The position numbers were made by a program, and so were the translations under genes. From positions 633,063 through 665,062 of the forward strand of contig CAZETV010000001.1 in NCBI GenBank assembly GCA_964514965.1: a stretch of DNA of 32,000 nucleotides, given 5' to 3'. Shown here one piece after another: positions 14,429 through 22,401 of the stretch (position 1 is the first letter of the stretch; every line of letters starts with the position of its first letter). This stretch comes from Candidatus Hadarchaeota archaeon. GTDB lineage: Archaea; Hadarchaeota; Hadarchaeia; Hadarchaeales; Hadarchaeaceae. The notes beneath the pieces are model-generated. The model was not told the origin of the DNA, did not search any database, and saw nothing but the letters and a program-made list of their open reading frames with translations.

Positions 14429-16470
14429 TGAAAGAGCGCGGGTTTATGTCTTTCAGCGCTGCAGGTATCGTCATTGTAATACTTGTCATAGCAATGGTGG
14501 GACAAACTGTAGAACTGCGACACCAGCGCTCGCTAAATACAGTGGATTATGCCTCAAGTTCGTCACTTCTGACGCTCGCCACTAGTGTTCAAAATGACAT
14601 GCGAGCTGCAATGCAATACGCCGTTTACGACGCGCTCTGGGACGTCAGCAAAAATGCGAACAGTTATGTTAACGATAAGGTAAGGAAACTGGCCATCAAA
14701 AGTCTCGCGACAAAATATTTCACGGAACGAATCGCTGCGCTGCCAAATGCATATGCAAAACACGATGCGCGCATCGAACTCGATTTAGGAGATACAAATG
14801 CTCAGTTAATCTTCAATTTGTGGGAAGGTGATGGTGGGTACACATTGGCTGATGTTAGGCTACCAAAAGGGACATGTGTAGAGGTCAGCTCCTGGGACAA
14901 CAGTTTGATTCTAGAACTACCCTGCGATAACCTCGAGGCTTTCATTGACTCTCGGTACTTTCTCCTTCAAGATCGTATGCGGGCATTCATTAGCGGAATC
15001 GGTAATGTAAGCAAAAATTGGACGGTAATGGAGTACGTTTCGGCTTGGGCCGGAGCGTGGTTGAATGGGAACGTCAAATTAGACATCTCCCGCAGCAAAG
15101 CGTTTTTTGAACTAGCGTGGGCAGCGCATGAGCTTAACATTTTTGGATCAGCCGACTATACAGCGACGGTAATCGGGCTGACTAACGCATCCGCTGACTC
15201 AAACGAAACAAGCGGAGATATCATTTCTAACCTTTTCAATAACACCCTGATCGTCTCACCTGTGAAAGCCGTTGATGTTGATGAAATGCGCGGATATATC
15301 GACCACGCCCTCGAAGCACTCACCGAGGCATCCAGTGCGCTAGCAGGAGCGAAAGAACATGTTCAACACGCGAACGACCTCCTCGCCCAAATCCATGAAA
15401 CCATGGACAACGCTAACTCAAAACTCGAAAACGTGCAAATAGCGCTTGAGGGTGCCGTTGCAAGCGTTGCCCAAGCTCGAAATCATGTGTCGGAGGTAAG
15501 TCAACACTTTGGAAAACTTATTAATTTCATCACGCGCTCAGCGGATCAAAATTTGATAATGGGAACGCTACGCGAGAGTCTCGTGAATCGGATGAGGGAG
15601 GATTACCCATCCCCTCAGGAACAGATAACGTGGGGAGTCAGGGGCATCTTGGCGAAACTCAACAATCTCGAAACAAACATCAGCAACTTTGCACAAGAGG
15701 TGGATGCCGAAAACACCGCCGTTGGGCTCAAAAACTCGATGACGAATTTACTAGATGAAATTACTTTCTCTGCCCAAGAATTACTCGCCGAACCCACTCC
15801 GAAGCGCTGGGTTGAGTTTACTAACTACGCCAAACCCGGTAGCTATGAAGGAGAGCCACCCGAGCCAGCGCGAGAAACAGCACCTGTGTATATCGATGGT
15901 GAATGGGAGGGTACAATCAGCGCCCTCAAACTTATCCTACAAAATGCGAAAAATAATCTCGACGAAATGAAGGGGCTCGCTGGGAGGGTTGAACCAGCAC
16001 CCGATGAAATTAAGAACATTGAAATCGACGAGGCACTCAAGCAAAAACTTGAGCTGAACGCGGAAAATTTTTCTGGCATCAACCGCGAGCAACTCTACGA
16101 ACTTCTGCCCCCGCCCCCAATCCAATCCCAACCTGGGCTTTCCGTGTTTCACGACTTCGAAATCAAGGAAGTTAAATACGAACGAGAGGACCCCGCTGGT
16201 TGGTTTGGCTCGCCTACACCCACCCCTATCCCACTCTGGTTCATAGGCGTAACGCTCTGGTGGGCTCAATGGGATATAACTCTGGAACTTGAAAATGGGG
16301 CCATCGAAGAGATTTTTGACTTTGATAACCCAACGTTGCCGCTGAGTTATGACATGCTGGGTAATGAGTTCATCACTCACAAGCCGCTCGCGTACCGCCA
16401 CGAGATGCCGAGTAATACATTCAACTTCAGGCTCGTAATCATCAGTCTGAAGCCCTTCAGCATATCCTGA
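14428..16470 (+). CDS. Large (680 aa) class III signal peptide protein with a central coiled-coil region; candidate pilus-associated, adhesin or cap protein
   Basis: The N-terminus is MKERG-FMSFSAAGIVIVILVIAMVG. A long helical segment runs about 15.3-15.8 kb (ALEALTEASSALAGAKEHVQHANDLLAQIHETMDNANSKLENVQIALEGAVASVAQARNHV). It also has a PPPP run and a W-rich C-terminal segment. Confidence 0.65.
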   Translation: MKERGFMSFSAAGIVIVILVIAMVGQTVELRHQRSLNTVDYASSSSLLTLATSVQNDMRAAMQYAVYDALWDVSKNANSYVNDKVRKLAIKSLATKYFTERIAALPNAYAKHDARIELDLGDTNAQLIFNLWEGDGGYTLADVRLPKGTCVEVSSWDNSLILELPCDNLEAFIDSRYFLLQDRMRAFISGIGNVSKNWTVMEYVSAWAGAWLNGNVKLDISRSKAFFELAWAAHELNIFGSADYTATVIGLTNASADSNETSGDIISNLFNNTLIVSPVKAVDVDEMRGYIDHALEALTEASSALAGAKEHVQHANDLLAQIHETMDNANSKLENVQIALEGAVASVAQARNHVSEVSQHFGKLINFITRSADQNLIMGTLRESLVNRMREDYPSPQEQITWGVRGILAKLNNLETNISNFAQEVDAENTAVGLKNSMTNLLDEITFSAQELLAEPTPKRWVEFTNYAKPGSYEGEPPEPARETAPVYIDGEWEGTISALKLILQNAKNNLDEMKGLAGRVEPAPDEIKNIEIDEALKQKLELNAENFSGINREQLYELLPPPPIQSQPGLSVFHDFEIKEVKYEREDPAGWFGSPTPTPIPLWFIGVTLWWAQWDITLELENGAIEEIFDFDNPTLPLSYDMLGNEFITHKPLAYRHEMPSNTFNFRLVIISLKPFSIS

Positions 16471-16510
16471 AGGTATCCCTCACGGGTCAAAATTTCACTT
16501 CTCGGGCCAA

Positions 16511-16533
16511 TTTTTTGTTTCAACCATTTTTTT
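16511..16533 (+). terminator. Oligo-T tracts (T6 at 16511-16516, T7 at 16527-16533) between convergent genes
   Basis: Archaeal intrinsic termination typically uses T-runs. These lie 40-60 nt after the stop at 16470. Confidence 0.35.
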
Positions 16534-16939
16534 AGTTTACACCCTTACCTCTTCTGCAACGTGCTCGACCAAGGTTTAAATTTGAACTTAACTGCCCTCG
16601 CTCAACGAGAATTTGGAGCTCGACCACTCGCATACCAAGCTTCTCAAGCTTCACCTTGATAAATTCAAGCTCCCGCGCAATTGAGTTCATTCGTGCAAAC
16701 AACTCACACCGTAATTCTCCGAAAGCTCCCTCAAAAACTCTCTCGACCTCGACCCCCAACCGAGAAGTCCGAGATCCAAGCTTTGCCTCACGAAACTCCA
16801 CCGAAACACGGTCGGTAAGCAGCTGAACCTGCTCCCCCGGCAAACCAACTCCGGTCAACATATCGTAAATTTCATCATGCGAGAATCCCATGCGCATCAT
16901 TGACCGAATCACATCCGACGCAGACACACCGCTTGCCAT
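16532..16939 (-). CDS. Hypothetical protein with a UBA-like N-terminal helical domain and C-terminal coiled coil
   Basis: I started it at ATG 16939 (MASGVSASDVIRSMMRMGFSHDEIYDMLTGVGLPGEQVQLL...) because the longer ORF to 17068 overlaps the upstream antiporter gene. Confidence 0.5.
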   Translation of the reverse strand: MASGVSASDVIRSMMRMGFSHDEIYDMLTGVGLPGEQVQLLTDRVSVEFREAKLGSRTSRLGVEVERVFEGAFGELRCELFARMNSIARELEFIKVKLEKLGMRVVELQILVERGQLSSNLNLGRARCRRGKGVN

Positions 16940-16985
16940 TTCCCCCGTCGAGATTTTGGGTGGAGGTTGTTTATAAAAGAAAAAA

Positions 16986-17948
16986 TCACGGTAGGGTGGC
17001 CACGGAGGTACCGTAGAACACGAAAAGCCCGATGAGATAAATTGCGTAAAACGCGACCAACACCGCACCCTGCCAGCGCGTCAACTTTTGTCCCTTCCAC
17101 ATGAAGACAAGCAACAACGCCATCACGGCCAACATCATGGGGTTGCTAAACCAGAGCGCTTGGGAGTCCACTGTTAAAGGTCTTATCAGCGCTGCGCTTC
17201 CGATAATGAGTGCAGTATTGAAAATGTTCGATCCCACAATGGTGCCCACCGAAAATTCCGGTAATCGTTTGTTCATAGCAATTATTATTGTCGCCAGCTC
17301 GGGAATCGATGTCCCGATTGCAACTAATGTGAAACCTATTGCTGCCTCAGGAACACCCACATCTAAGGCAATCCCCACTCCGGAGTAAATCAACAACCTC
17401 GCTCCAATAATCACTCCAACCGTACCTAGAATGAACAGAATGATCGATTTATTCAACCTCCTCTGTTCGCTTTGGATTTTGTTCTTAGTTTTCCTCGCTT
17501 CTCTCTTCATCACAAATCTCAGAAAGAGCGCAAAAATCGCTAACAGAAGCAAGCCTTCCACCGACCCGATTACGCCGTTGAGCGCCATCGCCGCTAGCGC
17601 CCCTCCGGTGACCAGCATGATAATTCCTTCGTTGCGCCGCTCCCGATTAACTTGAACCATCCCGAATATTGCAGCAAGCGCCAAAATTGGGGTGATGTTA
17701 ACGATGTTCGAGCCGACCACGTTTCCATACGCGATACCGACATTACCGAAACTGGCTGCCATTATAGAAGTGAAGAACTCCGGTGCTGAAGTGGCGAAAG
17801 CTACCAGCGTGAGCGCAATCACGGCTTGCGATACGCCGAGCGCACGGGCAATCCTGCATGCCGAGTCGACGAAAACATCACCTGCCTTGGCGATAAGCAC
17901 GACAGCGGCCACGAATGCTAGGATGTATAGAATAAACTCCTCTACCAT
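16986..17948 (-). CDS. Calcium/cation antiporter, CaCA family (YrbG-like)
   Basis: 320 aa, about 10 TM. It has two alpha-repeat motifs: LTLVAFATSAPEFFTS...GNVVGSNIVN and FTLVAIGTSIPELAT...GTIVGSNIFN. Confidence 0.85.
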   Translation of the reverse strand: MVEEFILYILAFVAAVVLIAKAGDVFVDSACRIARALGVSQAVIALTLVAFATSAPEFFTSIMAASFGNVGIAYGNVVGSNIVNITPILALAAIFGMVQVNRERRNEGIIMLVTGGALAAMALNGVIGSVEGLLLLAIFALFLRFVMKREARKTKNKIQSEQRRLNKSIILFILGTVGVIIGARLLIYSGVGIALDVGVPEAAIGFTLVAIGTSIPELATIIIAMNKRLPEFSVGTIVGSNIFNTALIIGSAALIRPLTVDSQALWFSNPMMLAVMALLLVFMWKGQKLTRWQGAVLVAFYAIYLIGLFVFYGTSVATLP

Positions 17949-17953
17949 CTAAC

Positions 17954-19150
17954 TCAACTCTTAGAAACAAACTTGAAGAACACCGGCGTGAGCATCGTCG
18001 TTGTGAGCGTCACCACAATCATCACCGCGAAGAGTTCGGCCGACAATATGCCACTCAGTAACCCAAACTGGAGCACAGCCAGCTCGAGTGAGCCCCTAGA
18101 GCACATAGCAGTCCCTATTTCCACTAACTCCCTCCGCTTATAGCCCACCGCCGCAGCTCCAGCTCCACATCCTATAAGTTTACCCGCAAATGCTGCAACG
18201 ATGAGCGCGAAGAGTATGAATAGATTCACTTGGCCCCAGTTTGGCGCGAACGTAAGCCCTACGAAAACGAAAAACACCGGAGTCAGGATCGCTTGTAATG
18301 CGACCGTCGCGTCGTCCAAAATAGCATTCAGTCTTATTCGGCTCAGTAAAAGAGCATCGGGACGCTCGCGCAGCCTGCCTATGAAGAGACCGGCCATGTA
18401 AGCGCCTATTATCTCGTGGAGTCCGATGGAGTGGGCTATCAAAGCGAGGGCTAGAGCAAGACAAAGGGCAAAGGCGAGCGGAACTCCTTGGCGCTCGAAC
18501 CGCCAGAGTTTCTTCATTATATCCGCCTTGATTATCAACTTACGCGAGAGGTAACCGATGAGGACGAAAAACAACACTATGCCAATCGTCGCCCACATGA
18601 GCATGTCGAGATCGAAGACGCCACCCCTGATTACGGCCGTCGAGAGTATGCCCAAAACATAGACCGCTATGATATCGTCGATGAGCGCCGCCCCAACCAT
18701 GAGGTGTCTGAATCGGCTGCGCTCGGTGAACTTGGTGACTATTTCAGTGGCAGTATTGCTTAGTGCTGCCGCAACAAAGAGGCTAGGCAAAATTTGTTGG
18801 GTCCAAACGTAGGCCACCCCAAACCCCAGTGCGAATGATACAACCATTCCCGAAACCGCGATCGCTAAAGCTTTAAACCTCACTTTCATCAACATGTCGA
18901 ACCGAGAGTTCATTCCAGCGACGAGCATCAACACTATCAAACCCAACATCGCCACCCCATGGATGCCCTCAGCGGTTGCGGAGACAGGTTCACCAGCCGC
19001 GGGGATAACAATCCATCCGAGCAGTGTCGGGCCGAAAATGATACCAACCGCGACCTCGCCTATCAAGGATGAAAAGCCGAAGTGGTGCAAAAGCTCACCG
19101 AAGAGCTTTGCGAAGAGGAGGAGCACGAGAATTGCGAGTAAGAATTCCAT
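17954..19150 (-). CDS. Cation:proton antiporter (CPA2/Kef-NapA-type Na+/H+ exchanger family)
   Basis: 398-aa polytopic membrane protein. The N-terminus LLFAKLFGELLHHFGFSSLIGEVAVGIIFGP is typical of this family. Confidence 0.85.
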   Translation of the reverse strand: MEFLLAILVLLLFAKLFGELLHHFGFSSLIGEVAVGIIFGPTLLGWIVIPAAGEPVSATAEGIHGVAMLGLIVLMLVAGMNSRFDMLMKVRFKALAIAVSGMVVSFALGFGVAYVWTQQILPSLFVAAALSNTATEIVTKFTERSRFRHLMVGAALIDDIIAVYVLGILSTAVIRGGVFDLDMLMWATIGIVLFFVLIGYLSRKLIIKADIMKKLWRFERQGVPLAFALCLALALALIAHSIGLHEIIGAYMAGLFIGRLRERPDALLLSRIRLNAILDDATVALQAILTPVFFVFVGLTFAPNWGQVNLFILFALIVAAFAGKLIGCGAGAAAVGYKRRELVEIGTAMCSRGSLELAVLQFGLLSGILSAELFAVMIVVTLTTTMLTPVFFKFVSKS

Positions 19151-19159
19151 ACTTTACCC

Positions 19160-19399
19160 TCACTTCTCCCAGAGAATGCGCCCGTGCGCTTCGATTCGTA
19201 GGATTCGATGATAAGGGATCTCAACTTCTCCCTCAGGTGAAGCTACGTGCATGAAGCCACGCCCAAGCTCAAGAATGTCACTACCCTCGATGACACGTTT
19301 ATCGTTTGGGGCGCCGCGATGCAAAATCGTGACTCGAGAACTTTGTAGCTCGTCTTCGCCGCCCCACTTCAACTTGTTCAACACATCACGTGACCCCAT
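19160..19399 (-). CDS. DUF504/UPF0248 (MJ1316-type domain) protein
   Basis: 79 aa. RDVLNKLKWGGE...ILHRGAPNDKRVIEG...IPYHRILRIE matches the family pattern as I recall it. Confidence 0.75.
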   Translation of the reverse strand: MGSRDVLNKLKWGGEDELQSSRVTILHRGAPNDKRVIEGSDILELGRGFMHVASPEGEVEIPYHRILRIEAHGRILWEK

Positions 19400-19448
19400 T
19401 TAAATCATTAAAATTTAACCAATTTACTATTTGAGGTATTGCCCAAAG

Positions 19449-20090
19449 CTAACCGAAGAGTTCGAGCGCTCCCAATACGTGTCTGCGTGCATCCTTTTCG
19501 GCGAACAGGCCATGCCCGGGGTAAAGCTGCTCCAGCTCAAGTTTTTCAAGCTTCCGTAGCGAATTGGCCAACGCTCTCCCATCACCTGTCGGCAGGTCCG
19601 TGCGTCCCACACCATTACAGAAAAGCGTGTCGCCGGAAAACAAAATTTTTCGCTCGGGCTCGTAAAGACTTATACTGCCTCGAGTGTGGCCGGGTGTGTG
19701 GAGAACCTCAAGTGTAAGCTCGCCCAGTTTAATCTGACTGTCCTCATTTAGCTCTCGTGTTATCTCAATGGGCTCGAGCCTTCTGCCGAGACCACCCGCA
19801 AGTGTAATAATCTGATCACCTTTTCGAAGCAGCTCCGCCTCGGACTCATGGATCGCCACCTCGCAACTTCCAGCCTGTACAAAATCTCGGTTACCCCCCG
19901 CATGGTCATAATGACAGTGAGTGTTGATTATTAGTTTGATGTCGCTTGGCTTTATGCTAAATTCGTTCAGATTTCGCTTAACTATTTCAAAGTTAATTCC
20001 TGTTCCAGCGTCGATGAGCGCGATGATATCGTCGATAATCAAGTAGATGTTTGAATCGAAGCCCAAGCCGCCTATTTGATGGATTTGCAT
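19449..20090 (-). CDS. MBL-fold metallo-hydrolase (glyoxalase II-like)
   Basis: It has the THCHYDHAGG metal-binding motif, HTPGHTRGS, and GDTLF...GR. Confidence 0.85.
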   Translation of the reverse strand: MQIHQIGGLGFDSNIYLIIDDIIALIDAGTGINFEIVKRNLNEFSIKPSDIKLIINTHCHYDHAGGNRDFVQAGSCEVAIHESEAELLRKGDQIITLAGGLGRRLEPIEITRELNEDSQIKLGELTLEVLHTPGHTRGSISLYEPERKILFSGDTLFCNGVGRTDLPTGDGRALANSLRKLEKLELEQLYPGHGLFAEKDARRHVLGALELFG

Positions 20091-20124
20091 AAACGAGCCT
20101 TGAATTGTCCTTTAATAAACTTTT

Positions 20125-20739
20125 TTAGGAGTGTACAAACCCGAATACTTTTTTCACAGCTTCTAGTAATTCTATAAAACTACTGATTTCAAAATCGGCT
20201 GCAAAATTATCGTTTGATTCTTCCCGAACGAACCTGACCGTCCTGATGCCCATTTCAGATGCCGGACGAATATTTTTGGGCCTGTCATCGATAAAGACAC
20301 AGTCCGAAGGAGCCGACTGAATCCTATCTAATAAAATTTTGTAAATTCTTTTGTCAGGTTTGCGACACTTTACTTCACCACTTATAATCTTAATTTTGAA
20401 TAACTCATCTAAACCAAATTTGGCGCGTAAGTAATTCGACCATTCTTCTACGTCATTGGATAATATCGCTAAAGAATAATCTTTTGTTAACTCCTTTGCA
20501 ACCCCCATAAATTCGGGGTCTATCCTCAAGTATTTGCCGAGATAGTTTTTCTCGATTTCTGGGTACTCACTATCAAAACCCAACTCATTCCAAAAATCAA
20601 ATGATGAAATCTTGCCAAGACTTGCCTTCAGGTACATTTCGTTGATTTTTTCCGCTAAAATTGATTTGTTTCTCTTTTGGATGTACGGCACAAGCAAATC
20701 ATTTACATCGTCACTAACTTCAAAAATAACACCCATCAC
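20125..20739 (-). CDS. HAD-superfamily hydrolase (subfamily IA-like); start codon problematic
   Basis: Motifs: LAILSND, KPDKRIY, CVFIDDRPKNI. The motif I nucleophile Asp (ILDVMGVIF) sits one codon upstream of the first canonical start, GTG 20739. The gene is low in GC. Confidence 0.8.
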   Translation of the reverse strand: MMGVIFEVSDDVNDLLVPYIQKRNKSILAEKINEMYLKASLGKISSFDFWNELGFDSEYPEIEKNYLGKYLRIDPEFMGVAKELTKDYSLAILSNDVEEWSNYLRAKFGLDELFKIKIISGEVKCRKPDKRIYKILLDRIQSAPSDCVFIDDRPKNIRPASEMGIRTVRFVREESNDNFAADFEISSFIELLEAVKKVFGFVHS

Positions 20740-20849
20740 ATCCAGAATAACCCATTTTTCTGGTATTCGATTCCCTAAACATAGATAAATTTTGTCGAAT
20801 AAACTTTTAACTCTCCCACATTAAGTATCAGGGGCGCGTTATACTCTCT

Positions 20850-20999
20850 TTAATCAACATGTTTCACTTTCAAAGTATACGGACACTTGGCACAACGGTA
20901 AACTACCCACGTAGCATCATCGGTGATTTCGTCTCCCCCAGTCCAACGTTCTAAAGTCCCCGTTTCACATTTTGGGCATTTAATTCCGCTTATCTTCAT
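20850..20999 (-). CDS. Small zinc-ribbon protein (49 aa), unknown function
   Basis: Not in the ORF track. The translation is MKISGIKCPKCETGTLERWTGGDEITDDATWVVYRCAKCPYTLKVKHVD (CxxC...CxxC). GGTGA lies 6 nt upstream of the ATG, and a TATA-like element lies about 28 nt upstream. Confidence 0.5.
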   Translation of the reverse strand: MKISGIKCPKCETGTLERWTGGDEITDDATWVVYRCAKCPYTLKVKHVD

Positions 21000-21028
21000 T
21001 CTTCTCACCAGCTACATGATTACTGACA

Positions 21029-21036
21029 TTTTAAAC
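21029..21036 (-). promoter_or_regulatory. TATA-box-like element (TTTAAAAT on the minus strand)
   Basis: It lies about 28 nt upstream of the zinc-ribbon ATG at 20999. Confidence 0.35.
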
Positions 21037-21252
21037 CGCCATATAACTTGCCTGTGGTACACATTTTTTAATTTCATTCGTTAGTAAGCACATCGGGATG
21101 AAAACGGGAGAGTACTAAATATCGATTATTTTTGGCGACCCCTCTAAAGTCGCTTAAAAATGGTTCTTACCGATCAGGAGACCGAATTAATCATAGAGAA
21201 ATTGCGTCTTGAGAATACGCTCTTGTTACGGGAAAAATGATACTAACATTCG

Positions 21253-22359
21253 CTATGGTTCTAGATTTTGTAACCCAACTTCTTGAGCGACCTTGAGAGC
21301 TTTTTCAAACTCAGTTGTGGTTAATCTGCGGGAAATCTCGGGATATTTATGAGCCATGCCATGCGGGGAATACTGATTCATTAGATTAACTCTAACCATA
21401 CTTCCGAGATTATCTGCTATCCACTTTAACACCGGACGCGTGCAACATTCAAGACCTCCAGGCAAAACAAGGTGACGAATTATTAGTTCGGCATCGGTAA
21501 ATGCAATCCGATGGTTACGCGTGACGATTCTAAAGTAATCCGGTACTTTTGAGTAATTGTGTGCACATACATTATCACCATATTTTAGGTCTGTTAAATA
21601 AACATCTTGAGTATTAGATAGCAATTTCATGGTTTCTATGCTACAATACATGTTGCTATTAAAAACCGACGGAATGTTAACTCTACATTCATTCAATGCT
21701 TCCAAAATCGTGCACAAATTAGGTGTCGGTTCTCCACCGACGAAGTTCACATTCCGAGCACCATCTTTCTGAGCATCCTCGATCAGCTCAGCCAACGTTT
21801 GCAGTGAAACCTCTACACCGGAATCTGGAAATTGACTAATGTCCCAATTCTGACAAAATTGACACTTGAATGTACAACCACTAAAGAAAAGCGTATAACT
21901 CGGCACAAGTTCTGGTTCCTCCCCATAGTGCATGAACTCTGAAGCTACCCGCGACCGCTCACCTACTCCACAGACCCCCACTTCACTCGCCGTTCGATCG
22001 ACATTACACCTGTGTTCACAGAAGTGACACGAGTGCAGAATCCGTTTGGCAAGTTCCACTTTCAAATCGAGCAACGAAGGATCAGGTTGCTTTAAATTTT
22101 CGAGTTTCGTTTTGCCCTTATCAATATCCGTGAGCAACTTTCGAAACTCCTTCAATCCTCGCTCGTGGGCGCGCCATAGCTCCCCATCACTTACCGAAAG
22201 GCCTACCTTCGCTGGCACGCGCTTGCACACTAAAAAGCGTGCCGGGAGTTTGCCTTCCATGACCGCAAAGTAACGTGAAAGCGACTTCCGCGCCTTCCGG
22301 TCGCGAAGAACCGCTACCGCGTCAGGCCTGAAGACCCGCCACACAGGGATACCAATCAC
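21253..22359 (-). CDS. Radical SAM protein, PflX/COG1313-like (pyruvate formate-lyase activase-related, unknown substrate)
   Basis: It has the N-terminal Cys motif CHFCEHRCNVDR...GVCG and the radical-SAM cluster CTFKCQFC (about 21853-21876). The start is uncertain: GTG 22359 or ATG 22260. Confidence 0.85.
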   Translation of the reverse strand: MIGIPVWRVFRPDAVAVLRDRKARKSLSRYFAVMEGKLPARFLVCKRVPAKVGLSVSDGELWRAHERGLKEFRKLLTDIDKGKTKLENLKQPDPSLLDLKVELAKRILHSCHFCEHRCNVDRTASEVGVCGVGERSRVASEFMHYGEEPELVPSYTLFFSGCTFKCQFCQNWDISQFPDSGVEVSLQTLAELIEDAQKDGARNVNFVGGEPTPNLCTILEALNECRVNIPSVFNSNMYCSIETMKLLSNTQDVYLTDLKYGDNVCAHNYSKVPDYFRIVTRNHRIAFTDAELIIRHLVLPGGLECCTRPVLKWIADNLGSMVRVNLMNQYSPHGMAHKYPEISRRLTTTEFEKALKVAQEVGLQNLEP

Positions 22360-22401
22360 ATATTTTAAATCGTCACGCTAAAGAATTGCGCAAGGGATAG
22401 C

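Noticed and set aside
15937-16401. 154-aa minus-strand ORF; also similar antisense ORFs at 645-1019, 4805-5242, 6731-7180, 12341-12715 and 31227-31667
   Set aside because: All of them lie inside, and antisense to or out of frame with, ORFs that have recognisable protein features. None shows a motif, an SD sequence or a promoter of its own.
16940-17068. N-terminal extension of ORF 16532-17068
   Set aside because: It overlaps the 3' end of the CaCA antiporter gene and encodes an implausible W/P/F-rich peptide. ATG 16939 gives a sensible start.
21160-21240. 26-aa plus-strand ORF (MVLTDQETELIIEKLRLENTLLLREK) in the 253-bp non-coding gap
   Set aside because: It is too short, has no SD or TATA at appropriate spacing, and carries no distinguishing motif. 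It may be a gene remnant, but that cannot be supported.
20100-21850. AT-rich block as a mobile element or integrated virus
   Set aside because: I could find no integrase, transposase, terminal inverted or direct repeats, or flanking tRNA gene. Only the compositional anomaly is reported.
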